The notes under the pieces are model-generated. The model saw only the letters and a program-made list of their open reading frames with translations, had not been told where the DNA came from and did not search any database. This document shows, in pieces, positions 1-7,900 of a stretch of DNA of 64,000 nucleotides. Origin of the DNA: Verrucomicrobiaceae bacterium (GTDB lineage: Bacteria; Verrucomicrobiota; Verrucomicrobiia; Chthoniobacterales; JAATET01); the NCBI GenBank assembly GCA_027488755.1, contig JAIYAZ010000015.1:16913-80912 (forward strand), given 5' to 3'. Within the stretch, counting starts at the first letter, position 1. Each line of letters starts with the position of its first letter. Made by a program: the position numbers and the translations under genes.

Positions 1-332
1 ACGCGATACCGCGCCATCACCCGCTCCAGTTCGCGGAACGGATCGTCCTCCGGCGTGAAGGTCCGCGAGCCCGTCGCGTCGGCGAACGTCACCTCGCGGC
101 CCCGCGCCGTCAGCGTCCACCGCGCCCCCGCGCCCAGGAACGAATACCGCCCCACGTGGTCACTGTGCTCGGCCGACTCCAGCAGGAAGCTCGGCGCCTC
201 CCCGCCCAGCTTGCGAAAGGCCGCAATCGGGGTCTCCACGTCGGCGACCAGCTCGCACCACACCGCCACCACGTTGTGATCGGTGGCAAGTTGAACAAAT
301 TCGTCGGGCGAGGGAGTGACCGGTGGTCGCAT
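1..332 (-). CDS. trpE: anthranilate synthase component I, N-terminal part (gene continues beyond left edge)
   Basis: Absent from the ORF track because it is open at the window edge. Manual minus-strand translation from the ATG (complement of 330-332) gives MRPPVTPSPDEFVQLATDHNVVAVWCELVADVETPIAAFRKLGGEAPSFLLESAEHSDHVGRYSFLGAGARW... This shows the TrpE/PabB N-terminal pattern (ETP..AF.KL, SFLLES, GRYSF.G). Confidence 0.75.
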   Translation of the reverse strand, partial: MRPPVTPSPDEFVQLATDHNVVAVWCELVADVETPIAAFRKLGGEAPSFLLESAEHSDHVGRYSFLGAGARWTLTARGREVTFADATGSRTFTPEDDPFRELERVMARYR

Positions 333-406
333 GGCGTGAAGCCCGCAAGCAAACCAGACCCACCCCGCCGGGCGCAAGCCGCGCCTCACGCCGCCTCCCG
401 GTCCGG

Positions 407-1003
407 CTAGAACTGCACCTTCGGCGCCGCGCGCTCCGCGGCATTCTCCACCTCGAAGAGTTGGGCTGCGGCAAAGTTGAACGCCCCGGCAATGAGATTC
501 GTCGGAAACACCTCGCGCTTTGTGTTGTAGGCCATCACCGCGTCGTTGTAGGCCTGCCGCGCAAAGGCGACCTTGTTTTCCGTGGAGGCGAGCTCCTCCT
601 GAAGCGCGAGCATGTTCTGGTTCGCCTTGAGGTCGGGATAGGCCTCCGCCACGAAGTTCAGGCGACCCAACGCGCCGGTGAGACCCGCGTCCGCCGCGGC
701 CAACTGGCGGATCGCGTCGGCGTCGGCGGGATCGGCCGCCGCCCGCGCGCCGGCGGCCTGCGCGCCGTTGCGCGCCGCGGTCACCGCCTCCAGCGTCTCG
801 CGCTCGTGCGAGAGGTAACCCTTGGCGGTTTCCACCAGATTCGGGATGAGGTCGTAGCGCCGCTTGAGCTGAACGTCGATTTGCGCGAAGGCGTTCTTGA
901 AGCGGTTCCGCAGCGTCACGAGCCCGTTGTATTGCCCGATGAGGAAAAGCCCGAAGACGGCCACCACGACCACCAAACCAATGAGGACGGCGAGAACGCT
1001 CAT
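407..1003 (-). CDS. lemA: LemA family protein
   Basis: ORF 407..1096. The probable start is the internal ATG at 1003 (MSVLAVLIGLVVVVAVFGLFLIGQYNGLV), giving one N-terminal TM helix followed by the LemA core (LRNRFKNAFAQIDVQLKRRYDLIPNLVETAKGYLSHERETLEAVTAAR). Confidence 0.85.
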   Translation of the reverse strand: MSVLAVLIGLVVVVAVFGLFLIGQYNGLVTLRNRFKNAFAQIDVQLKRRYDLIPNLVETAKGYLSHERETLEAVTAARNGAQAAGARAAADPADADAIRQLAAADAGLTGALGRLNFVAEAYPDLKANQNMLALQEELASTENKVAFARQAYNDAVMAYNTKREVFPTNLIAGAFNFAAAQLFEVENAAERAAPKVQF

Positions 1004-1095
1004 GCCCGGAAGCCTGCGCCAGCCGCACCCCGGGCGCAATCGGGAAACGCTTTTTCCCTCGAAATCCCCGCCCGGCTTTGCTTTCTGGAACCGCA

Positions 1096-1890
1096 ATGCC
1101 GACCCAGGCCCTCCTCTTCGATCTCGACGACACCCTCATAGTGGACGAAGCCGTCTCCGCGGCGGCCTTCGACGCCACGGCGAAACACGCCTTCACCACC
1201 CTCGGCGCGGACCGCGAACGCTTCATCCGCGACGCCCGCGCCCACGCCAAACGCCTCCACGCCGCCTCCCCCGTTTATCCCTACTGCCGCCGCATCGGGA
1301 TCAGCGCGTTCGAATGCCTCTGGGGCAAATTCCTCGGCGACACCGCCGACCTCACCGCGCTCCGCGAATGGGCCCACGCCTACCGAGTCGAGGTCTTCGC
1401 CGCCGCCCTCCGCAGCCAGGAACTCGAAGCCGACGAACACGCCGACGAGCTCGCCGAAACCTTCTCCACCCAGCGCCGCCGCCTCCAGCGCCTCATGCCC
1501 GACGCCCGCGAGGTTCTCACCCGCCTCGCCAAAACCCACCGCCTCGGCCTCCTCACGAACGGAGCGCCCGACCTCCAGCGCGAAAAACTCCTCAACTCCG
1601 GCCTCGAGCCCCTCTTCAACGCCGTCGCCGTCTCCGGCGAACACGACATCGGCAAACCCGACCCCGCCATCTTCCACCGCCTCCTCGCCGAGCTCGGCGC
1701 GGACTCCGCCAGCGCCGTCATGGTCGGCAACAGCCTCGAGCGCGACATCCTCGGTGCCCGCAATGCCGGCATCCCCAGCATCTGGATCAAGGTCGCCGGC
1801 TCCGAGGAACCCGCCGAAGTCCAGCCCGACCACACCATCCTCGGCCTCGCCGAAATCCCCGCCCTCCTCGAACGCATCTCCCCCCCTTGA
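1096..1890 (+). CDS. HAD-superfamily hydrolase (subfamily IA-like)
   Basis: ORF 1078..1890; likely ATG at 1096. HAD motif I is LLFDLDDTL. The C-terminal motifs are GKPDPAIF and MVGNSLERDILGARNAG. Confidence 0.8.
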   Translation: MPTQALLFDLDDTLIVDEAVSAAAFDATAKHAFTTLGADRERFIRDARAHAKRLHAASPVYPYCRRIGISAFECLWGKFLGDTADLTALREWAHAYRVEVFAAALRSQELEADEHADELAETFSTQRRRLQRLMPDAREVLTRLAKTHRLGLLTNGAPDLQREKLLNSGLEPLFNAVAVSGEHDIGKPDPAIFHRLLAELGADSASAVMVGNSLERDILGARNAGIPSIWIKVAGSEEPAEVQPDHTILGLAEIPALLERISPP

Positions 1891-1922
1891 CAGACCGCAA
1901 AACCAGCGCACCTTAACCGCGT

Positions 1923-2084
1923 ATGAAAATCCTTACCCTCAGCCTCGTGGCCGTTGTCAGCCTCTTCACCAGCAACGCCTTCGCTTCCGACGGAAGCTGC
2001 GGCGGTGGTTCCTGCGGCGGCAAGAAGGACGGCAAGAAGAAGGACGACGCGAAGACCAACTACGCGCACGTCATCAACTTCTAA
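1923..2084 (+). CDS. small secreted Cys/Gly/Lys-rich peptide (53 aa), unannotated in ORF track
   Basis: Manual translation gives MKILTLSLVAVVSLFTSNAFASDGSCGGGSCGGKKDGKKKDDAKTNYAHVINF*. It has a classic Sec signal peptide with an AFA|S cleavage motif and G/C-ending codons like its neighbours. A hairpin plus T-run terminator follows. It falls below the length cutoff of the supplied track. Confidence 0.5.
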   Translation: MKILTLSLVAVVSLFTSNAFASDGSCGGGSCGGKKDGKKKDDAKTNYAHVINF

Positions 2085-2116
2085 GTCCTCATCCGCACCT
2101 TCGGGTGACGGTTCCC

Positions 2117-2156
2117 CGCGGCGGCGCTTCCCTGGAGGCCCGCCGCGTTTTTCTTT
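2117..2156 (+). terminator. intrinsic terminator downstream of the small peptide gene
   Basis: An 8-bp GC stem, cgcggcgg (2117-2124) pairing with ccgccgcg (2140-2147), is followed by tttttcttt. Confidence 0.5.
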
Positions 2157-2196
2157 GCGCTTGAAGCCACGCCGCCGCGCCGGATGATGGCTTCCC

Positions 2197-3108
2197 ATGA
2201 ATCCCTCCAACCCCGACGACCGCCTCTGGAGTCGTCTCGCGGCCGGCTGGGAACGCCTCGCCGCCAGCCGCCCGATGCGGCGCCCCCTGGCCGCCATCCA
2301 CCGCTTCAACGAAATCGACGCCGAGGCCCGCGCCGCCTCCTTCGCCTACTACGCGACCTTCTCGCTCATCCCCCTCCTCGCGCTGCTGCTGACCCTCAGC
2401 TCGCTCTTTTTCGACCCGCACGACGTGCGCCACGCCGCGGCGGAATTCATCCCGCCCGAGGCCCCCGGCCAGGAATGGCTCTGGGAGATGGTCGTCGACC
2501 TCCAGCGCTTCCGCGGCGGCGTCAGCCTCCTCTCCATCGCCATCCTCGGCTGGTCCTCGCTCAAGTTCTTCCAGGCCCTCGTGCGCGCCGTAAACCGCGC
2601 CTGGCACACCGAGGAACTCCCCTGGTGGCAAATGCCGCTCAAAAACCTCGGCATGGTCGCCATCCTCGGCAGCGGCTTCGTGCTCGGCATCCTAATCCCT
2701 GCCATCCTCCAGGGCATCACCCGGCTCATCACCGAGTTTGAACACTTCATCGCCGCGCACATCCCTGGCATCCACTTCGCCCCCGTCTACTTCGCCCTCG
2801 GCCTCGGCCGCTACCTCGTCGGCGGCGTCGTCCTGTTCTACAGCGTCATTATGCTCTACTCGTTCGCCCCCCGGCGACGCCCCCCGCTCCGCCACATCTG
2901 GCTCCCCGCCCTCGGCGTCACCCTCGCGGTGCAGTTCTCCCAGATCGCCCTGGTGAACTACCTGCCCCAGTTCATCAACTACAACGCCGTCTACGGCCCC
3001 ATCGGCGGCCTCATGCTCCTCCTCTTCTGGATCTACCTTGTCGGCATGATCCTCATCGCCGGCGCCTGCGTCTGCGCCACGCGCGACAACGCCCAGGCCC
3101 CGAAATAA
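2197..3108 (+). CDS. YihY/BrkB (ribonuclease BN-like) family membrane protein
   Basis: Multi-TM protein with family-typical segments YYATFSLIPLLALLLTL, GWSSLKFFQALVRAVNRAW and YGPIGGLMLLLFWIYLVGMILIAGA. Confidence 0.8.
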   Translation: MNPSNPDDRLWSRLAAGWERLAASRPMRRPLAAIHRFNEIDAEARAASFAYYATFSLIPLLALLLTLSSLFFDPHDVRHAAAEFIPPEAPGQEWLWEMVVDLQRFRGGVSLLSIAILGWSSLKFFQALVRAVNRAWHTEELPWWQMPLKNLGMVAILGSGFVLGILIPAILQGITRLITEFEHFIAAHIPGIHFAPVYFALGLGRYLVGGVVLFYSVIMLYSFAPRRRPPLRHIWLPALGVTLAVQFSQIALVNYLPQFINYNAVYGPIGGLMLLLFWIYLVGMILIAGACVCATRDNAQAPK

Positions 3109-3123
3109 GGCCTCGCCCCGGCG

Positions 3124-4476
3124 CTACTCGTCAGCCTTCTTCTTCCCGCGCAGCTTAAAGCTCAGCGGCAGGCCCGGATACTCGTGGTGATCGCGCACGC
3201 GCGCGCTCAGGTAGGCCGTGTAGCTGTCCGAAAGCTTGCGGGGATCATTCACAAACAGCAGAAACTCAATCCGCCCAAACGGCCGCTTCTCCGGCGCGTT
3301 GAGCTGGGTTGCGTAGTAAATCTTGAAGCGCCGCGCCCCGTGCATCGGCGGCGCCTGCCGCTCCACGGCCGCCTTGAAGAGCCGGTTCAACTCGCCCGTG
3401 CCGATCTTGCGGCCCGCGTGCTCCCGCATCTTGCGGATCATGTTGAAAAGCCGGGGCAGGTTCGTGCCCTGCTTGGCCGACAGCACGATGAGCGGGGCGT
3501 AGCTCAGGAAAAACAAATCCCCGCGCAGCTCCTCGATCTTGGCTTCCAGCGTCTCCTTGCTCTCGCCCTCGGCCACCAGGTCCCACTTGTTCAGCACGAT
3601 CACCGCCGCCTTTTTCGCCTGCTGGATGAGTCCGCCGATCTTCTTGTCCTGCGAGGTCACGCCCTGCGTCGCGTCGATCACGAGCACGCACAGGTCGGAA
3701 CGCTCAATGGCCTGCTCCGACCGCATCACGCTGAACACCTCGACCGACGTGTCGTGCTTCGAGCGGTGGCGGATGCCCGCCGTGTCCACCAGCACAAACT
3801 TGTCGCCGCGGTATTCGTAGGGGATGTCCACCGCGTCACGCGTCGTGCCCGAGATGTCGCTCACGATCGTGCGCCGGTCGTTCAGAATCGCGTTCACCAG
3901 CGAGGACTTGCCGACGTTCGGCCGGCCGACAATCGCGAGCCGCGGCACAATGCCGGGATCGACCAACTCCGCCTCGTCCGCCCCGAGATCAATCGTGCGG
4001 GCAATCCGCGCAACCAGGTCGCCAATGCCGCGCCCATGCGCCGCGCTCACCGCCATCGGCTCCTCAAACCCCAGCCGCGCAAAATCCGAAAGCAAATTCT
4101 CCTGCTTGTCGTTGTCGAGCTTGTTGATCACCGCGATCACCGGTTTGCCCGACTCCCGCGTGAGCCGCGCCAGCTCGGAGTCCACGGGCGTGAGCCCCGC
4201 CGGACCGTCCATGATCAGCAGCAGCAAATCCGCGGCCTCGATCGCCACGTCCGCCGCAAAGCGCGTGTCCTCCGCAAAGTCCTTGTCCGGCTCCGCGCCG
4301 ATACCGCCCGTGTCGATGATCTCAAACGGCGCCGGCCCCTGCTTGCAGAGGGCGTGAATGTGGTCCCGCGTCACGCCCGGCTGGTCGTGCACGATGGAAA
4401 TCATCCGCCCCGCGAGACGGTTGAACAGGGCGGATTTGCCGACATTGGGTCGGCCGACAATGGCGATGGTCTTCAT
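3124..4476 (-). CDS. der: ribosome-biogenesis GTPase Der (EngA)
   Basis: Two tandem GTPase domains, each with a GRPNVGKS P-loop, plus DTGG/DTAG and NKLD/NKWD motifs and a C-terminal KH-like domain. Start taken at ATG 4476 (MKTIAIVGRPNVGKS) inside ORF 3124..4491. Confidence 0.95.
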   Translation of the reverse strand: MKTIAIVGRPNVGKSALFNRLAGRMISIVHDQPGVTRDHIHALCKQGPAPFEIIDTGGIGAEPDKDFAEDTRFAADVAIEAADLLLLIMDGPAGLTPVDSELARLTRESGKPVIAVINKLDNDKQENLLSDFARLGFEEPMAVSAAHGRGIGDLVARIARTIDLGADEAELVDPGIVPRLAIVGRPNVGKSSLVNAILNDRRTIVSDISGTTRDAVDIPYEYRGDKFVLVDTAGIRHRSKHDTSVEVFSVMRSEQAIERSDLCVLVIDATQGVTSQDKKIGGLIQQAKKAAVIVLNKWDLVAEGESKETLEAKIEELRGDLFFLSYAPLIVLSAKQGTNLPRLFNMIRKMREHAGRKIGTGELNRLFKAAVERQAPPMHGARRFKIYYATQLNAPEKRPFGRIEFLLFVNDPRKLSDSYTAYLSARVRDHHEYPGLPLSFKLRGKKKADE

Positions 4477-4543
4477 GCCGGGAAACCGCACAGCATACCC
4501 CAGCCCGCCGCGGAGGGAACGCCCATTTTCCGCCGCGCCGCCG

Positions 4544-5119
4544 TCACGACGACCGCTTCGTTTCCTGATGCGTCAGCTGGGCCACGCCGCGCACGACGTA
4601 TTCCGCCCCGCTCACCAGCGTGAACGCCCCCGCCGCCCACACCGGATACTCCAGCCCTGGCAATTGGAGCATCGTCCACGCGATGGCGACCATCTGCAAC
4701 GCCGTGGCCGCCTTGCCCGCAAAGGTCGGCCGCACCTCAAGGTGATCGTGGGCAAACCGCATCACCACGCAGCCGAGCACGATCACCGCATCCCGCGCGA
4801 TCACCAACACGGGAAACCACAGCGGCAGCGTGCGGTTCCAATCGCTCACGCTCAGCGTGATCACCGCCGTGAGCAGCAGGCCCTTGTCCGCGATCGGGTC
4901 GAGCAGCGCGCCCAGCCGGCTCTCCTGGCCAAACCGCCGGGCCACCATGCCGTCAAACGCATCCGTCACCGCCGCGAGCACAAACGTCCCCACCGCCGCC
5001 CAGCGCTGCCATTCCTGCGGCTCCCCCGCCGCCACGCCCGCGCCGTAATACACCGCAAACAGCACGAACACCGGAATCAGCAAAATCCGCAGCACCGTGA
5101 TTTGCGTCGCAAGGGTCAT
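4544..5119 (-). CDS. pgsA: CDP-diacylglycerol--glycerol-3-phosphate 3-phosphatidyltransferase (CDP-alcohol phosphatidyltransferase family)
   Basis: Carries the CDP-alcohol phosphatidyltransferase motif AAVTDAFDGMVARRFGQESRLGALLDPIADK. Start taken at ATG 5119 (MTLATQITVLRILLIPVF) inside ORF 4544..5239. Confidence 0.85.
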   Translation of the reverse strand: MTLATQITVLRILLIPVFVLFAVYYGAGVAAGEPQEWQRWAAVGTFVLAAVTDAFDGMVARRFGQESRLGALLDPIADKGLLLTAVITLSVSDWNRTLPLWFPVLVIARDAVIVLGCVVMRFAHDHLEVRPTFAGKAATALQMVAIAWTMLQLPGLEYPVWAAGAFTLVSGAEYVVRGVAQLTHQETKRSS

Positions 5120-5256
5120 CTCCAGGAATCGTAGCTCCCCCCCGCCCCGCCCGCAATGCGCGGGCTTGTCGACCCCAGGCGTCGACGCTTTCGGAAAATC
5201 CTCGACGCGATGCTCGCCCTCCGCCCACGCCTCCGCCATAACGGCCGCACCGCGCC

Positions 5257-6408
5257 ATGCCCTCGCTGACCGCCGCCCTTCTCCTCGCGTTCGCGCTGGG
5301 CCTGCTTCCCGCCATCCTCGTGCCCGCCGTGCGCCGCGCCCTCATCAATGGCTCGCGCGCCGTCACCCGCCACGCCGACCTCTGGCGCCTCCCCGTCGCG
5401 TTCACCGTGGCCTACGCGGCCTTCCGCATCGCGGGCGATCTCCTGCTCCACGCGCGCACCGGCGATCCCCTCCCCCTCGCTAATTTTCCCGATCCAACCC
5501 CCAACGCTTTCGCCGCCGTGCTGCCCGCGCTCGAGGGCGTGGCCTCGGTCTTTAACGTCTTCGTCGCCACCATGCCCCTCGCCGCCTGGTTCGCCCTCCT
5601 GCTCCTGCTAAACCGCGGCGGTCTCCTCGGCGAACTTCACCGCGCCCTCCGCAAACGCTTCCCCGGCTGGCGCGGCCTCACCCTCCTCGCCGGCCTCGCG
5701 GTCGGCGCCATCGCCGCGCTGCTCAAACCTCCCCTCCAGCTCGCGCTACCCGAAGTCGCCCCGCACCTGCCGTGGGTCGTCCCCGTGCTGCTCGGCGTGT
5801 TCGCCGCCGCCTTCGAACTCGTCCTCGGGGTCGCCATGCTCACCCACCTCATGCTCCTCACCCACGTGTGGCTGCGCGGCCTCAGCTTCCATCCGGCGGA
5901 ACTCCGCCGCCTCACCGTGCGCCGCACGGGGTTTGTCCTCAAGTGGTCGCTCGTCCTCGTCGCCCTCACCGTCACGTTCGTCGTGCTGCCCATTTACGCC
6001 GCGCTGCTCGTGGGCGCGGACGCCCCCCTCTTCGCGCAGGCCGAGGATTTCTCGCGCTTCGTCGGACGCCCGATCGTTCTCGCCGTCGCCATTGTCTGCC
6101 TGCCCCTCCCGGCCATTCTCGCCTTCCACAACGAATCCCTCCGCGCCGCCCTGCGCGACGCCGCCCGCCTTCTCCGCCGACACGCGCTCCCGTTCGCGGC
6201 CTTCGTGCTCCTCACCGCGACCGCCATGTTCGCCCTCGCCTACGGCCGCGACGCCGCCCGCGCAGCCTGGGGCGCGGAGTCCTGGGCCGGCTTCGGCGCC
6301 CAGCTCGCACTCGCCGTCGTCGAGGGCGGGCTCACCGGCTGGCTCATCGCCGCGTGGGTTTGCCTTTACAAGGGACTCCCCGCCGGACGTAAAGAAGTTC
6401 TGTTTTGA
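5257..6408 (+). CDS. polytopic membrane protein of unknown function
   Basis: 383 aa with about 8-10 hydrophobic segments and no motif I recognise. Third-position composition looks coding. Its stop overlaps the TTG start of the next gene (TTGA at 6405-6408). Confidence 0.6.
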   Translation: MPSLTAALLLAFALGLLPAILVPAVRRALINGSRAVTRHADLWRLPVAFTVAYAAFRIAGDLLLHARTGDPLPLANFPDPTPNAFAAVLPALEGVASVFNVFVATMPLAAWFALLLLLNRGGLLGELHRALRKRFPGWRGLTLLAGLAVGAIAALLKPPLQLALPEVAPHLPWVVPVLLGVFAAAFELVLGVAMLTHLMLLTHVWLRGLSFHPAELRRLTVRRTGFVLKWSLVLVALTVTFVVLPIYAALLVGADAPLFAQAEDFSRFVGRPIVLAVAIVCLPLPAILAFHNESLRAALRDAARLLRRHALPFAAFVLLTATAMFALAYGRDAARAAWGAESWAGFGAQLALAVVEGGLTGWLIAAWVCLYKGLPAGRKEVLF

Positions 6409-7073
6409 CCGCCCTCCGCTGCTCCCGAATCCGCTGCACCCGCCCCGACTGGAACGGCGGCCCCGCCTGCGTGCACGAAATCACCGCGGACTTCGCCGAG
6501 GCGCGACTGCACGCCATCGCCGGCCCCCCGCGCAGCGGCAAAACCCTCCTCCTCCACCTGCTCGGCCTGCTCGATGAGCCGGACTTCGGTCGCATCGAGC
6601 TGTTCGGCGAAACCGTCTCGCCCGCGCCCGACGAAATCCGCCGCGAAATCCGCAACGCCTCCTTCGGCTTCGTCTTCGCGAACCCCTGCCTGCTTCCCGC
6701 CTTCTCCGTCGCGGAAAACGTCGCCATGCCGCTCTTCCGCATCTCCTCCGCCGACGAACTCATCGCGCACCGCCGCGTCTGCGAACTCCTCGACCTCCTC
6801 GACCTCGGCGCGCACGCCAACGCCCCCGCCACCAGCCTCGACCTCGACGGCCAGTTCCTCGTCGCCCTCGCCCGCGCCCTCGTCCACCGCCCGCGCGTGC
6901 TCTTCCTCGTGGAACCCGCTCGTCCCGCCCCGCTGCTCGCCCCGGTGCGCCGGCTCGTCGACGACAGCGGCATCACCGTGCTTTGGGGCGGCGTGCCCGG
7001 CGCCTGGTGCGACCAGGCCGACACCCTCACCCGGCTCGATACCGGCGGGGTTCTCACCGCCGCCGCGACATGA
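6405..7073 (+). CDS. ABC-transporter ATPase-like protein with degenerate catalytic motifs (LolD/FtsE-like fold)
   Basis: Walker A is intact (GPPRSGKT). The Q-loop region reads FGFVFANPCLLP, with no Gln. The signature is LDLDGQ instead of LSGGQ. Walker B is VLFLVEP, with Asp replaced by Val. The H-loop position reads ITVLWGG, with no His. The gene is 4-bp coupled to both neighbours. Confidence 0.65.
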   Translation: MTALRCSRIRCTRPDWNGGPACVHEITADFAEARLHAIAGPPRSGKTLLLHLLGLLDEPDFGRIELFGETVSPAPDEIRREIRNASFGFVFANPCLLPAFSVAENVAMPLFRISSADELIAHRRVCELLDLLDLGAHANAPATSLDLDGQFLVALARALVHRPRVLFLVEPARPAPLLAPVRRLVDDSGITVLWGGVPGAWCDQADTLTRLDTGGVLTAAAT

Positions 7074-7891
7074 CGCCCGAACTCCTCCCTCCAGCCATTG
7101 CCGCGGAGATCGACGCCGGGCGCAAGGCCTCAAACCTCGCGTTCACCCTCACCGCACTGCCGGCCGAACGCCGCCGCGACGCCCTCACGTTCTACCGCTT
7201 CTGCCGCATCCTCGACGACATCGCCGACTCCCCCGCCCTGACAACGACGGAGCGGGAGCGCGCCCTCGATGCCTGGGAATCCGCGCTGGCCGGCACGCTT
7301 CCGCCCGAGATGGACGCCCTCGTCACCCGTTACGCGATCGACCGCGCGCACCTCCGCGCCATCCTCACCGGCGTGCGCTCCGACCTCACCACCCACCGCT
7401 ACGCGACCTTTGCCGAGGCGCGCATCTACTGCTGGCACGTGGCCTCGGCCGTCGGCCTTGTGAGCATCCGCATCTTCGGCTGCCGCGCGCCCGAAAGCCC
7501 CGCCTACGCCGAGGCCCTCGGCCTCGCCCTGCAATGGACCAACATCCTCCGCGACGTCGGCGAGGATGCCGCCAACGGCCGCATCTACCTGCCCCAGGAC
7601 GAACTCGCCCGCTTCAACGTCGATCCCGACGCCCTCCTCGCCGGCCGCCCCACCGGCGACTTCGCCGGGCTCATGGCCTTCCAGGGCGAACGCGCCGAGG
7701 AACTCTTTCGCGCCGCCGTCCCGCCAGTCGCCGACCGCGTGCCCCTGCGCCCCGCCGCGATCATGCACCGCCTCTACCACCGCCTGCTCGCACAGATGCG
7801 GGCCGACGGCTACCGCGTCCTCGAAAAACGCTACCGCCTCACCCGCGTGGAAAAACTCCTCCTCGCCGCCCGCACCGCCCTCGGCTGGTGA
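7070..7891 (+). CDS. squalene/phytoene synthase family protein (HpnD/HpnC-like)
   Basis: Two Asp-rich motifs of head-to-head prenyl synthases are present (FYRFCRILDDIAD; NILRDVGEDAANGRIYLP). ATG 7070 overlaps the upstream stop (ATGA). The longer ORF 6983..7891 is a 5' extension. Confidence 0.8.
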   Translation: MTPELLPPAIAAEIDAGRKASNLAFTLTALPAERRRDALTFYRFCRILDDIADSPALTTTERERALDAWESALAGTLPPEMDALVTRYAIDRAHLRAILTGVRSDLTTHRYATFAEARIYCWHVASAVGLVSIRIFGCRAPESPAYAEALGLALQWTNILRDVGEDAANGRIYLPQDELARFNVDPDALLAGRPTGDFAGLMAFQGERAEELFRAAVPPVADRVPLRPAAIMHRLYHRLLAQMRADGYRVLEKRYRLTRVEKLLLAARTALGW

Positions 7892-7900
7892 GCGCCCGCC

